Shown one piece after another: positions 50,601 to 58,411 of a stretch of DNA of 61,208 nucleotides; the first letter of the stretch is position 1; the number at the start of each line of letters is the position of its first letter. Position numbers and translations under genes: made by a program. The notes beneath the pieces are model-generated. The model ran no database searches, was not told where the DNA came from, and saw only the letters and a program-made list of their open reading frames with translations. This DNA is from a virus (lineage: Duplodnaviria > Caudoviricetes): IMG/VR virus record IMGVR_UViG_3300032227_000235, positions 1 through 61,208 of that record; one strand, written 5' to 3'.

Positions 50601-52615
50601 GTTATCAGGCGCAAGATACGCCAAACGGCCCTGTGATCCGAGATGATTACAATTTCGATAAGTGGAACACTGAGAATTCCGAAAAGGTTGACGCCTCTAC
50701 GCTAAGAGATACGCCGATACATTTCGTTGATTATTTGATGCGGAAATATGCCGGCAATCGTCATCGTCCGGTTAATATTAATCTCCAGCATTATGATCAG
50801 GGCGGGCGCGTTGGATTTGCGGAAGGCGGATCGGATGAAGACCGTGATCGTATGCGTCATTGGTCCGACTCGCAGAGGGCGCATGAGTTTGTTCAGCAAC
50901 AATTGAACAGCGGTGAGAAGCAATTACCGCAATATGATCCGGAGGGTGGCAAGAAGACGGCTGTTGATGCGGCGCTGACGGGCTACGGCATGACCAATGC
51001 GGGTGGCGTTCAGGATGCTATTGGCGCAATGCCTGATGGCAACGGCGGGTTTAATCCGTCGTTGTATCGGAATATCCGTGAGGGCAATTACTTAGACGCT
51101 GGCTTGCAAGCGATGGGCGCCGTTGTTCCGGGCTTTGGTGGCGCTGTTGCAAAGGCTGGTCGCCTAGCTAATAAGGGCGCGAAGGCTGCAAAGGCTGTTG
51201 AGACTGCGTCTACGGCTGCAAAGACTGCTGAGAATGTCTCTGATGCTGGCAATGCGGTTGAGAAGGCTGAAAGCAAGTTATGGAAGCCATCTGCGCCTCG
51301 TATTATTCGTCCTGGCGAAGAAGGAACACCGACTGTTGGCGATATCCTCGCTAAGAACGGTTACACCGATATTCCGACAGACAAGAAATATGTGTATTGG
51401 CTTGATGCGCTGAATGAGCCGGCAAGCAAACAGACGCAAGCTAATCTGCTTCTAGAATTCAAAGATTCTCTAAAGCACCATTTGTCTTTGCCGGATGGAA
51501 TGCGTCGTCAGAACACTAGAGATGCGATGGAGGCTGCGGTTCCTTATCTTGGTGAAACATCTAAGGGCGTTCCGCATGATTTAATCACACAGAATTTGAA
51601 GCAGGGTAAGGCTGCTGCTGCTCTTGGCATTACGAATAATTACGGCAATCCGGTTGATACATGGGGCCTATCATTGTCTCCAGCGTTGAATTGGGAAGCT
51701 CTTCGCCTTTGCGGCAATGACGCTATTTGCCGTGCGCTTTGCCTTGGCAAGAAGTCAGGTGGTTATGCGCTGGAAGGCGCCATGAATGATGAGTATCAGA
51801 TCAATTTGCCTCGTGCGAATTCATTAGGCCGGACGATCTTTATGATGCAGAGGCCGCGTGAGTTTGCTGTTCGCATGGCTGATGAGATACAAGCACTAAA
51901 GGGTGAGACGGCTAAGAACGGCATGGATCTCGCCCTGCGGTTAAACACGTTATCGGATTTGCATCCGACAACATGGTCGCCGTTCCGTGATGCCTTCCCA
52001 TATGAAGATTTCTATGACTACACAAAGCATAATGTGAATGCGATGGGTCCAAACCATCATTTGACGTATTCGTCTACGGGACATTCGCAAGATGGTTTGA
52101 TTAATCCTTATTCTAATTTCACAAAGATGATCGATCGGCTGAATGGTGGCGATAACGTCGCCATCGTGATGAATCAGAAGCATGATAAGCCGAAGCTGCT
52201 TGAATATCTTGATAGGCAGTATGAGATCCGCGACGGTGACGCGCACGATTATAGGCCGCATGATAAGCAGCCAAAGGGCAAGCAAGGTGTTATTCTTGCG
52301 CTTGGTAAGAAAGAGCAAGGTAAGGGCGCCACGGCTGAAGCTGCTCGTGAGCGTTCCGAAGGTTTCTATTTTGATTTCTGGCCTAAGAAGGATGGCGAGA
52401 AGATCACTATTCCTGATCAGCGCGCCTATGCGGAAGCTGAGAAAGCGGAGCGCATACGTCGCAGCAAGAAGAAGGGCGGCGGTGGCTTAGAGGTCGATCA
52501 CGATATCTGGCGCAGTCAGTATCATAATCACCACCATTTCGAGGACGCGCCTCCGGGTAAGAGAAAGATCCCGGATTGGTGGTCTAATCAGGAATCCAAG
52601 CGGAAAGCTGGATAG
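47621..52615 (+). CDS. 1664-aa multidomain virion protein: DUF4214-like repeats, SleB-like hydrolase, Gly/His linker, unknown domain, Gp88-like domain
   Basis: LY..LLGR..D..GL.YW repeats; IANVVMNR...DLTDGS..Y...P.W...H.FY; GLSLSPA, Cx5Cx3C, RLN.LSD, FYDYTK, HLTYS, DGD.HD.R. Confidence 0.8.
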   Translation: MSDDLRRRQGASPSADLGSVTPRHAPVLNTPAARQGRGLSFGEWMYRKGLLNPNDYALARGGSANDRGHFDGGGAAATVLPPGANPAEGWMPYDGPVVNQAAGMPGAMPGAMPSANSVPNNGSSIANVSTPPNWADTYVGDLYQTLLGRQADQGGLDYWSDQLDDGLIQRQDLVPHFLNSAEYQNLYKTNPNEAIKDLYATTLDRDPDQGGLDYWTARAKEGMTSDQMLSQFRLADEYKNANKITDAFLRYGNQYPTDSQMAAAQEQLRLGKDIDQYIVDLPETQRFYFDSAYRNALGRGVDDSGYNYWSNALQNGDVTPDQFLDTLYNTQEAKDYYNSNIIKDAFHSYLGRAPTSQENSDFLNRVNTYASQNQNNYDTAYDRIEAELANWPNARSYSQSNAAPYQVASAATMSDAEQPTLKTAHDFSHQNLWEVNSFGSDAEKIGALVQQEGGRFVDQILDPNTSNDVKFQAMREIEGIANVVMNRAAVGYKNNNTGGWFTTRGYDPKSIVSQILAPYAFSAMNSAARDKKTGLPLAKAGYEAIQRYKDLKDTAGYKPIMDVLKEIVANKRVDLTDGSTDYKANYIHPYWAKHGPLKLITDLGGPPKPKQSYHQFYGTPKLREQAKKARGFTFEVGVDPGGGATPPSSGGSGGTGGGYPPPPPPGGGPPSGGGFEGVGGVGGNGGVGGNGGAGGDAGGVGGNTGGHTGGHTGGHTGGHTGGHTGGHGGDVHGGHTGGAGGISFGPESMGGGHHASGHGAVDPYFGHAGSSVYDPHKNGIVASADWEYDYARKRGGRINKDHGGSVDDALRRMGFNAGGSGPDEDELERKAHQSLWEQTKEATHNAYVNTIPSNVRLLGETMMGVDTPITERDFPASDLDAMRAQLSTSKRMAEDRENNLREIAKISPQEYARTDQAKGKLTFDNQGNPKISQESYEDFMGGVRKRLDSFDATRGKTTVGGYRDHAGLDNYGWKQAIDRSIYDPDFRVATTLGRYQAQDTPNGPVIRDDYNFDKWNTENSEKVDASTLRDTPIHFVDYLMRKYAGNRHRPVNINLQHYDQGGRVGFAEGGSDEDRDRMRHWSDSQRAHEFVQQQLNSGEKQLPQYDPEGGKKTAVDAALTGYGMTNAGGVQDAIGAMPDGNGGFNPSLYRNIREGNYLDAGLQAMGAVVPGFGGAVAKAGRLANKGAKAAKAVETASTAAKTAENVSDAGNAVEKAESKLWKPSAPRIIRPGEEGTPTVGDILAKNGYTDIPTDKKYVYWLDALNEPASKQTQANLLLEFKDSLKHHLSLPDGMRRQNTRDAMEAAVPYLGETSKGVPHDLITQNLKQGKAAAALGITNNYGNPVDTWGLSLSPALNWEALRLCGNDAICRALCLGKKSGGYALEGAMNDEYQINLPRANSLGRTIFMMQRPREFAVRMADEIQALKGETAKNGMDLALRLNTLSDLHPTTWSPFRDAFPYEDFYDYTKHNVNAMGPNHHLTYSSTGHSQDGLINPYSNFTKMIDRLNGGDNVAIVMNQKHDKPKLLEYLDRQYEIRDGDAHDYRPHDKQPKGKQGVILALGKKEQGKGATAEAARERSEGFYFDFWPKKDGEKITIPDQRAYAEAEKAERIRRSKKKGGGGLEVDHDIWRSQYHNHHHFEDAPPGKRKIPDWWSNQESKRKAG
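49730..49801 (+). repeat. 12-bp tandem repeat x6 encoding TGGH
   Basis: ACAGG[TC]GG[TCA]CA[TC] units. Confidence 0.9.
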
Positions 52616-52648
52616 CGGGACGCCGCTTAATCTCTGGAGAGAAAAACT

Positions 52649-53872
52649 ATGTCTGTAACGACTGCAAAAGCATCTCAGGCTGCTGCCAAAGCGAAAGCGC
52701 ATCGGCTCTGTGGGATGAGCAATACTGAAAAGCCTTTTTATCCTGCTGGTGAGAAGGCAAATGATAAGACGGGTATGCGCCCGATTTCAAAGCAGGGTCT
52801 TAAATCTGGCGGCAAGGTAATTGGTGGCAAGATCACTGGCCCGAAAGCTGCGGCTCGTGCTGATCGTGTTGCGCGCAAGTCTGGTGGTCGCATTGGTAAA
52901 GAGCTTGCCAATATGGATCTTAAAGCTGCGAACAAAGCGCGCAAGGGTGGTGATGATCACGAAGGTGGTTTGAAGCGCGGTGGATCTGCAAAGCCTAAGA
53001 AGGCAATGGGTGGTCCTAGCGGTCGTTTGTCTGAACAGGTTGGCAAAGATCCTATCGCAGAGATGAAGAATGTTCAGCAATACCAGGCTGACAAATCACT
53101 GGATGCTGGTGGTGTCTCTGGCCTGTATGCGGGTTCCATGCGCAAGCGTGGTGGCAAGGTTGGCAAGCCTACGCAGAAAGATAAGGCGTGGAGCAAGTAT
53201 AAGGCTGACGCCAAGGAGGCTGGCATTTCTGAGAAGGATGCAGAAGGCTCAAAGAGCAAGTTCAAGCCGGCTGTTAAAAAGACATCCATGAAAGAAGACA
53301 AGCCTTTCATGTCGAGATCTTTAAAGACAAAGCCTATCGAGGAGAAGAAGAAATTCGCTCCTATGGAAGAGGTTGAGGCTGAATATGATGAGCCAGATCA
53401 CGATGAGATGGACGATGAAAGCGAGATGCCATTAAAGAAAGGCGGTCGCGTTAAGAAGTGGTCTGGTGGTGGTTTCTCTTCTGGTGAGAAAAAGACGAAG
53501 AAGAAGAAAGCCTCTACGGGCAAGAAGAACATCACGAACATTATCATTGCTGGCAATCCTAATGCTACGCCGGCTGCTGGTGCTGGTGCGGCTGTTCCTC
53601 CGATTGCTCCCGGCCCGCGTGTTCCTCCTCCTGTAATGCCAATGGGTGGTGATGGTCCTAATCCTCCTCCTCCTGGCGGTGAGCAGCCAATGCCTCCGTT
53701 GGGTGCGCTTGCTGCTAATCCAATGATGCCACCACAAGTTGGTATGCCTCCGGAAATGCCGCGGCAGATGGCGAACAAGGGCGGTCGCATTGGATCTTAT
53801 GCTTCGATGAAGGCTGGCGCTGGTTCTGGTCTTGGTCGTTTGAAGAAGGCTGGTCTTAGCCTGTCGAAATAA
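52649..53872 (+). CDS. Lys-rich disordered head protein with many KxGG motifs
   Basis: LKSGG, RKSGG, LKRGG, KAMGG, RKRGG, LKKGG, ANKGG; Pro-rich segment; AGAGSGLGRL.K end. Confidence 0.8.
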   Translation: MSVTTAKASQAAAKAKAHRLCGMSNTEKPFYPAGEKANDKTGMRPISKQGLKSGGKVIGGKITGPKAAARADRVARKSGGRIGKELANMDLKAANKARKGGDDHEGGLKRGGSAKPKKAMGGPSGRLSEQVGKDPIAEMKNVQQYQADKSLDAGGVSGLYAGSMRKRGGKVGKPTQKDKAWSKYKADAKEAGISEKDAEGSKSKFKPAVKKTSMKEDKPFMSRSLKTKPIEEKKKFAPMEEVEAEYDEPDHDEMDDESEMPLKKGGRVKKWSGGGFSSGEKKTKKKKASTGKKNITNIIIAGNPNATPAAGAGAAVPPIAPGPRVPPPVMPMGGDGPNPPPPGGEQPMPPLGALAANPMMPPQVGMPPEMPRQMANKGGRIGSYASMKAGAGSGLGRLKKAGLSLSK

Positions 53873-53923
53873 TAGATCGGCGGGGTGGTTTAGGCTGTCC
53901 CGCCATTACTAAAGGCCGGTGAG

Positions 53924-54130
53924 ATGATTGTTACGCAATACAATGTGTATGTGCAGGAGCTTGAACTGCTCATTACTGCGGAAATAGACCGATTAAAGGA
54001 TGAAATGTCATCTGGTCTGTTAAAAACCTATGAAGATTACCGGAGCTATTCTGGAAAAATCCAAGGTTTGCGCGCATGTTTAGAATTCATGGAGGATGCT
54101 TCGTCCTCTGTGCAGCGCAAATTGTCCTAA
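53924..54130 (+). CDS. Small conserved head-module protein
   Basis: G....EDYR...G.IQGL motif typical of the gene preceding phage GroES. Confidence 0.7.
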   Translation: MIVTQYNVYVQELELLITAEIDRLKDEMSSGLLKTYEDYRSYSGKIQGLRACLEFMEDASSSVQRKLS

Positions 54131-54200
54131 TTCGAGATTTTTGCGTCTTTTGCGACTGCATATGCGGTCGATATCGCTAACTTAAATCCGGTGGTGAATT

Positions 54201-54611
54201 ATGCCTTACATGAAAGTGCATCACGAGGTCGATCCAAAGCAGAAAATCTTGGATGATCTTGGTGATATTAACGGCAAAATCCGTCTTACGAACAATCTTG
54301 TGGCTGTTGTGGTGTATCAGCGGCCAAATATGACGATGCTTGGCGGTGTAGAGTTCGAATTGCCATCTTCTGTGGTTGATGAAGATCGTTTTCAGTCCAA
54401 AGTTGGGTTGATCGTGGCAATGGGACCGAATGCTTTTAGAAAAAGCGATGAATGGCCTTTCTGCGGCGATGATCACGAATTCAAACTGCATGATTGGGTG
54501 GCATTACCGGCTTCTGCTGCGCAATCAATGATGATTAACGGTGTTTTGTGCCGTCTTTGCCCAGATACGTCGATCAAAGCGTGGTCGTCTGATCCAGATC
54601 TAGTCTACTGA
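54201..54611 (+). CDS. groES: GroES-like co-chaperonin
   Basis: T.GG..LP...D.D....VG.IVAMGP.AF...DWV...INGV.CRL..D..I. Confidence 0.75.
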   Translation: MPYMKVHHEVDPKQKILDDLGDINGKIRLTNNLVAVVVYQRPNMTMLGGVEFELPSSVVDEDRFQSKVGLIVAMGPNAFRKSDEWPFCGDDHEFKLHDWVALPASAAQSMMINGVLCRLCPDTSIKAWSSDPDLVY

Positions 54612-54619
54612 GGTGACAA

Positions 54620-55537
54620 ATGGCTGATGAAAACAACGAAAAAGACGTAAATTCTGCGTCTGAAGCGACTGCTAAAGCGGTCGTTGATGATGCCGAAGCT
54701 ATAGTCGATGCGATTGCCGATGATGACGGTGTTTCGCAAGAAGAAGGCATAGCGGATCTCCGCAAGTCGATCGAAGATCAGAAGCGGATGATCGAAGAGG
54801 AGCGTCAGCGTCGTATTGAGGCTGAACAAGCTGCTTATCATGCGCGTGTTCAAGCTGCGTCGAATGATCAGCAACTAAAGGCTTCGCATTATCACGAGGT
54901 TCAAAGCAGGCTTGCTTTTGCTGCGGAGCGTGAGCGCGCTTTGATGGCAGAATGGACTGATGCGAAGTCGATGGGCGATTATGCCAAAGAGGCTGAAGTC
55001 CAAAAGGCTCTTATTCAGACTAGCAATGACATGCGATTGCTGGAACAAGCCAAGGGCAAGTTGGAGAGTATGCTCCGTCAGCCTGTTCAGCCTGTCCCGG
55101 AGCCGATGGTCAGCATTGCTGAGACATGGGCGCGTCAATGCGGCAATCCATCTGATGCTGAGTGGCTTCGCAGTCATGAGGATAAGATCAAGGACGATCG
55201 AACGGTGAACCGTGTTCGCGCCTATCACGATGAGGCGCTTGAAAGTGGCTATCAGCAATCTACGCCTGAGTATTATCGTTACATCGAAGAGCGCGCTGGA
55301 TGGCGCCGTCCATCTCGCCGGGATGAATATGAAGAGGATGATGATGCTTCTTCATACGCCGCCAAGCCTCGGCGTTCAGCTCCTCCACCGTCTGCGCCTG
55401 TGTCTCGTGGTGGCGATCGCAAAGGGACGGTTCGCCTGAGTGCTGAACAGCGCGAGATCGCAAGGATGTGCGGTCAGACTGAGGAAGAATATTACCGCAA
55501 CATGCAAAAAGAACAGAAGAGGGCAAATAGCCGATGA
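54620..55537 (+). CDS. Putative capsid scaffolding protein
   Basis: Acidic N-terminus, coiled coil, C-terminal VRLS.EQ.EIA...G.TEEEY. Confidence 0.75.
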   Translation: MADENNEKDVNSASEATAKAVVDDAEAIVDAIADDDGVSQEEGIADLRKSIEDQKRMIEEERQRRIEAEQAAYHARVQAASNDQQLKASHYHEVQSRLAFAAERERALMAEWTDAKSMGDYAKEAEVQKALIQTSNDMRLLEQAKGKLESMLRQPVQPVPEPMVSIAETWARQCGNPSDAEWLRSHEDKIKDDRTVNRVRAYHDEALESGYQQSTPEYYRYIEERAGWRRPSRRDEYEEDDDASSYAAKPRRSAPPPSAPVSRGGDRKGTVRLSAEQREIARMCGQTEEEYYRNMQKEQKRANSR

Positions 55538-56103
55538 GCGAATCTGGAAATCCTACGGCGGGTAAGCCGGTGATATTAAAACGCCGTGAGGCTCCGAATG
55601 CTGAGAAAGAGGCACCTGTTGGTGGTCGTCCTTCGCTTCGTGAGTCGCCGCGTGATGAAGCTGCCCGCTATGCTGCCGAATTGCGCGCACATCGAGGTGA
55701 GCGTCCGATTAGTGATGATCCATTAGATGTTACGCATCTTGAGCCGGATGGCTGGAAGTATGAGTGGCATACATGGTCGATTTACGAACAGCGTCAGAAC
55801 CGCAACATGATGGACAGTCAAGCTCGTGGTTGGCGCCCTGTCCCGCGTGATCGTCATCCTGAGTTGATGCCGAAAGATAGTGATCAAGAGGTCATTATTG
55901 ATAAGGGTCTTATGCTGATGGAGCTTCCTAAAGAGATCGCGGATGAATATCGGTCCGAAGAAATTCGTGCTGCGCGTGATCAGGTTCGTTACAAAGAGCA
56001 AGCTCTTGCTGGCACACCGGATGGCACGATGACGCGAACGGAAGATCCTCGCACGAGACCAAAGATTAATAAGAGTTTCGAGGCTATTCAGATTCCAGAT
56101 TAA
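55534..56103 (+). CDS. Conserved head-module protein
   Basis: PDGW.YEW, GWRPVP...HPE, GLMLME.P.E. Confidence 0.7.
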   Translation: MSESGNPTAGKPVILKRREAPNAEKEAPVGGRPSLRESPRDEAARYAAELRAHRGERPISDDPLDVTHLEPDGWKYEWHTWSIYEQRQNRNMMDSQARGWRPVPRDRHPELMPKDSDQEVIIDKGLMLMELPKEIADEYRSEEIRAARDQVRYKEQALAGTPDGTMTRTEDPRTRPKINKSFEAIQIPD

Positions 56104-56131
56104 TCACTGTTGTATTACGTCTGTGAATAGA

Positions 56132-56162
56132 GAGGGCGGGAGAGATCTCGCCCTTTACTTTT
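56132..56162 (+). terminator. Terminator before the capsid operon
   Basis: GAGGGCGGGA / TCTCGCCCTT stem followed by T-rich tract. Confidence 0.65.
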
Positions 56163-56317
56163 GACAATTGTAGTTGTAGATATTCAACTAGCTACACGCT
56201 ATGCCCGCTCGGCGCGGGCGCGACCTTTGGGTTGTGACTAGGTCAAGCCCATTAACCGCCTTCTGATATCCGCTCGGCGCGTGATGACGAGGCTCCTGAA
56301 AGGGAGAATCCGTCATG
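56161..56317 (+). promoter_or_regulatory. Capsid-operon promoter and structured 5' leader
   Basis: TTGACA at 56161; CCGCTCGGCGCG at 56205 and 56270; hairpin occluding SD and AUG. Confidence 0.55.
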
Positions 56318-56908
56318 GCGAATCTGAATACGCCGTTCGGTTTCAAACAGTCGAAGGGAACGGGTTCGTCACCGACCTATGAATTGGTCACGGCTCGTAT
56401 CAATCCCGCGAATACTATTGCGATTTATACAGGTGATCCCGTTGTCTTCAACTCGCCGGCTGACGGCTACATTGAAGCTGCGGCTGCTGGCACGGCTCCA
56501 ATTGCCGGTATCTTTGCTGGTTGTGAATTCACATCTGTCTCTAACAAGAGCCGTGTGTGGCGCAACTACTGGCCGGGCGCTGATGCTGTTGGCGATGTTG
56601 TTGCCTACATCATTAATGATCCGAATGCACAGTTTGAGGTTCAGGCTGGCGGTGCCGCTATCGGTCGCAATCAGATCGGCAAGAATGTTCAGTTGAACAT
56701 GGGAACGGGTAATCCCGCGACCGGTTTCTCTGGCGCTTACGTCGAAAATCCTGGCCCAACTGCCACACTTCCATTCCGCATCACTGGTGTTGTTACCGAT
56801 CCTCCCGGCGCTGACGGGACGGACGTTACGTCGCCTTACAACATCGTGCTGGTGGCCTTCAACAATGCTGTGACGCGCAATAACGGCGCGACTCCTGGCA
56901 TTGCGTAA
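56315..56908 (+). CDS. Capsid decoration / cement-like protein
   Basis: MAN.N.PFGF, IY.GDPV, GIF.GC, DP...FEVQ; precedes the major capsid gene. Confidence 0.75.
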   Translation: MANLNTPFGFKQSKGTGSSPTYELVTARINPANTIAIYTGDPVVFNSPADGYIEAAAAGTAPIAGIFAGCEFTSVSNKSRVWRNYWPGADAVGDVVAYIINDPNAQFEVQAGGAAIGRNQIGKNVQLNMGTGNPATGFSGAYVENPGPTATLPFRITGVVTDPPGADGTDVTSPYNIVLVAFNNAVTRNNGATPGIA

Positions 56909-56923
56909 GGAGGGATAGGAACA

Positions 56924-57835
56924 ATGGCAACTAATCTATCGCAGATTAAAGACTTGCTCCTTCCCGGACTGCGCGGAATCGAAGGCAAGTATGAACAAAT
57001 CCCTAGTCAATACGACAAGGTGTTCACGAAGCACGACAGTAAAATGGCTGTTGAGCGCACGGCTGAGATGCGTTTTCTCGGTCTTGCAAAGCTGAAAACA
57101 GAAGGCGGTCAGACTGAATTTGATAATTCATCTGGTGAGCGTTTTGTCTTCTCTCAGTCTCATACAGAGATTGCGCTTGGCTATGCGATTACTCGTAAAG
57201 CCATCGATGACAATCTGTATAAGGCACAGTTCCAGCCATCTAACCTTGGCCTTATGGAATCGTTTGCTCAGACGAAGGAGCTTTATGCTGCTGATCTTCT
57301 GAACACAGCGACGGTCTATAATCCAAATGTTGGTGGTGACGGCGTTGCGCTTTGCTCTGGCTTCCATCCGATTGATGGCGGCACGTTTGCTAACCGTCCT
57401 GCAACGGATGTTCAGTTAAACGAAGCTACGCTGCTCAATGCGATGATTGGCATTCGCACGAACTTTAGAGATCAAGCTGGTCTCAAAGTGTTTGCGCGTG
57501 GTCGTCGTCTGATTGTTCCGCCACAGCTTGAGCCTACTGCTGTTCGGTTGCTTAAAACTGAACTGCGTCCTGGCACGGCAGACAACGATATTAATGCTCT
57601 TCATTCGGTCGCTGGCGGCTTGAGCGAAGGCTACATGGTGATGGACTTCTTAACATCTCCAAATGCCTGGTTCTTGCTGACCAACATTGACGGCTTGTCC
57701 TACATGGAGCGCGTTAAGTTCGAAACCGACATGAGCGTTGACTTCGTAAGCGATAACCTTCTTGTCAAAGGCTACGAGCGTTACTCGTTTGGCTATTACA
57801 ATCCGCGGGCGCTCTACGGATCGTTCCCGGTTTAA
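56924..57835 (+). CDS. Major capsid protein (Mu gpT-like HK97 fold)
   Basis: LLPGL, K.EG, ALGYAIT.KAI.DNLY, GGDGV.L....HP, LIVPP.L, ERYSFG..NPR..YGS. Confidence 0.92.
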   Translation: MATNLSQIKDLLLPGLRGIEGKYEQIPSQYDKVFTKHDSKMAVERTAEMRFLGLAKLKTEGGQTEFDNSSGERFVFSQSHTEIALGYAITRKAIDDNLYKAQFQPSNLGLMESFAQTKELYAADLLNTATVYNPNVGGDGVALCSGFHPIDGGTFANRPATDVQLNEATLLNAMIGIRTNFRDQAGLKVFARGRRLIVPPQLEPTAVRLLKTELRPGTADNDINALHSVAGGLSEGYMVMDFLTSPNAWFLLTNIDGLSYMERVKFETDMSVDFVSDNLLVKGYERYSFGYYNPRALYGSFPV

Positions 57836-57845
57836 TAGCTGGATT

Positions 57846-57878
57846 GGGAGGAAGTTCACCGGCTTCCTCCCTTTTATT
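57846..57878 (+). terminator. Terminator after the major capsid gene
   Basis: GGGAGGAAG / CTTCCTCCC stem plus TTTT. Confidence 0.8.
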
Positions 57879-57882
57879 TCTT

Positions 57883-57942
57883 GATCCGTCAGACCACTGC
57901 GGTGGACGCTGCACAGACTGTCGGATCGCATCGTGCAGGAGT
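57883..57942 (+). ncRNA. Pseudoknotted RNA element downstream of the capsid gene (Mu-gpT-DE-like)
   Basis: GATCCGTCAG/CTGTCGGATC stem, CCAC-TGCG-GTGG hairpin, CTGCAC/GTGCAG pseudoknot abutting the SD. Confidence 0.55.
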
Positions 57943-57947
57943 CCCAA

Positions 57948-58400
57948 ATGGGTGCTACTACATTTTCTGGTCCCGTTCGTTCTGGGACAAAAAAAGATAC
58001 AGACGCCAATGGCGTAGATAACTTGGGCGATGTTGTTCTCGCTCAATCAGGCAAGATCCTTCAGACGACTGCGGTTAGCAATCCCGGAGTTATTATCCCT
58101 GCTCTTAGTGAGATCCTTCGTATTGATGTGATCATCGATAAGACGTTTGATGGAACGGGTAATACGATCTCGGTTGGATTTAATCCGACTGCCGACAATC
58201 TTACTGATAGTGATGTGATCACCAACAATCCCGGCTATACGCAGCTAACACCAAATGGTGATCTGGCTGACATTAGGAATTGGATCAATGTTGGTGACAA
58301 GGATGTCACCGTTTTCCTGAAAAATAGTGCGAATGGTGGTGGCGCCGGCTTCTTGCGCGTTCTGTATGCACAGGGCCGCAATCAGATCCGTAACGTCTAA
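57948..58400 (+). CDS. Conserved virion protein downstream of the capsid gene
   Basis: MGATTFSGPVRSG start; IPA.S.I..I; CAGGAG RBS. Confidence 0.75.
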   Translation: MGATTFSGPVRSGTKKDTDANGVDNLGDVVLAQSGKILQTTAVSNPGVIIPALSEILRIDVIIDKTFDGTGNTISVGFNPTADNLTDSDVITNNPGYTQLTPNGDLADIRNWINVGDKDVTVFLKNSANGGGAGFLRVLYAQGRNQIRNV

Positions 58401-58411
58401 TCAGAAGGAAT

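Noticed and set aside
51060-51280. Polymorphic toxin suggested by a pre-toxin-TG-like segment
   Set aside because: The following domain looks Gp88-like rather than a known toxin, and no immunity gene follows
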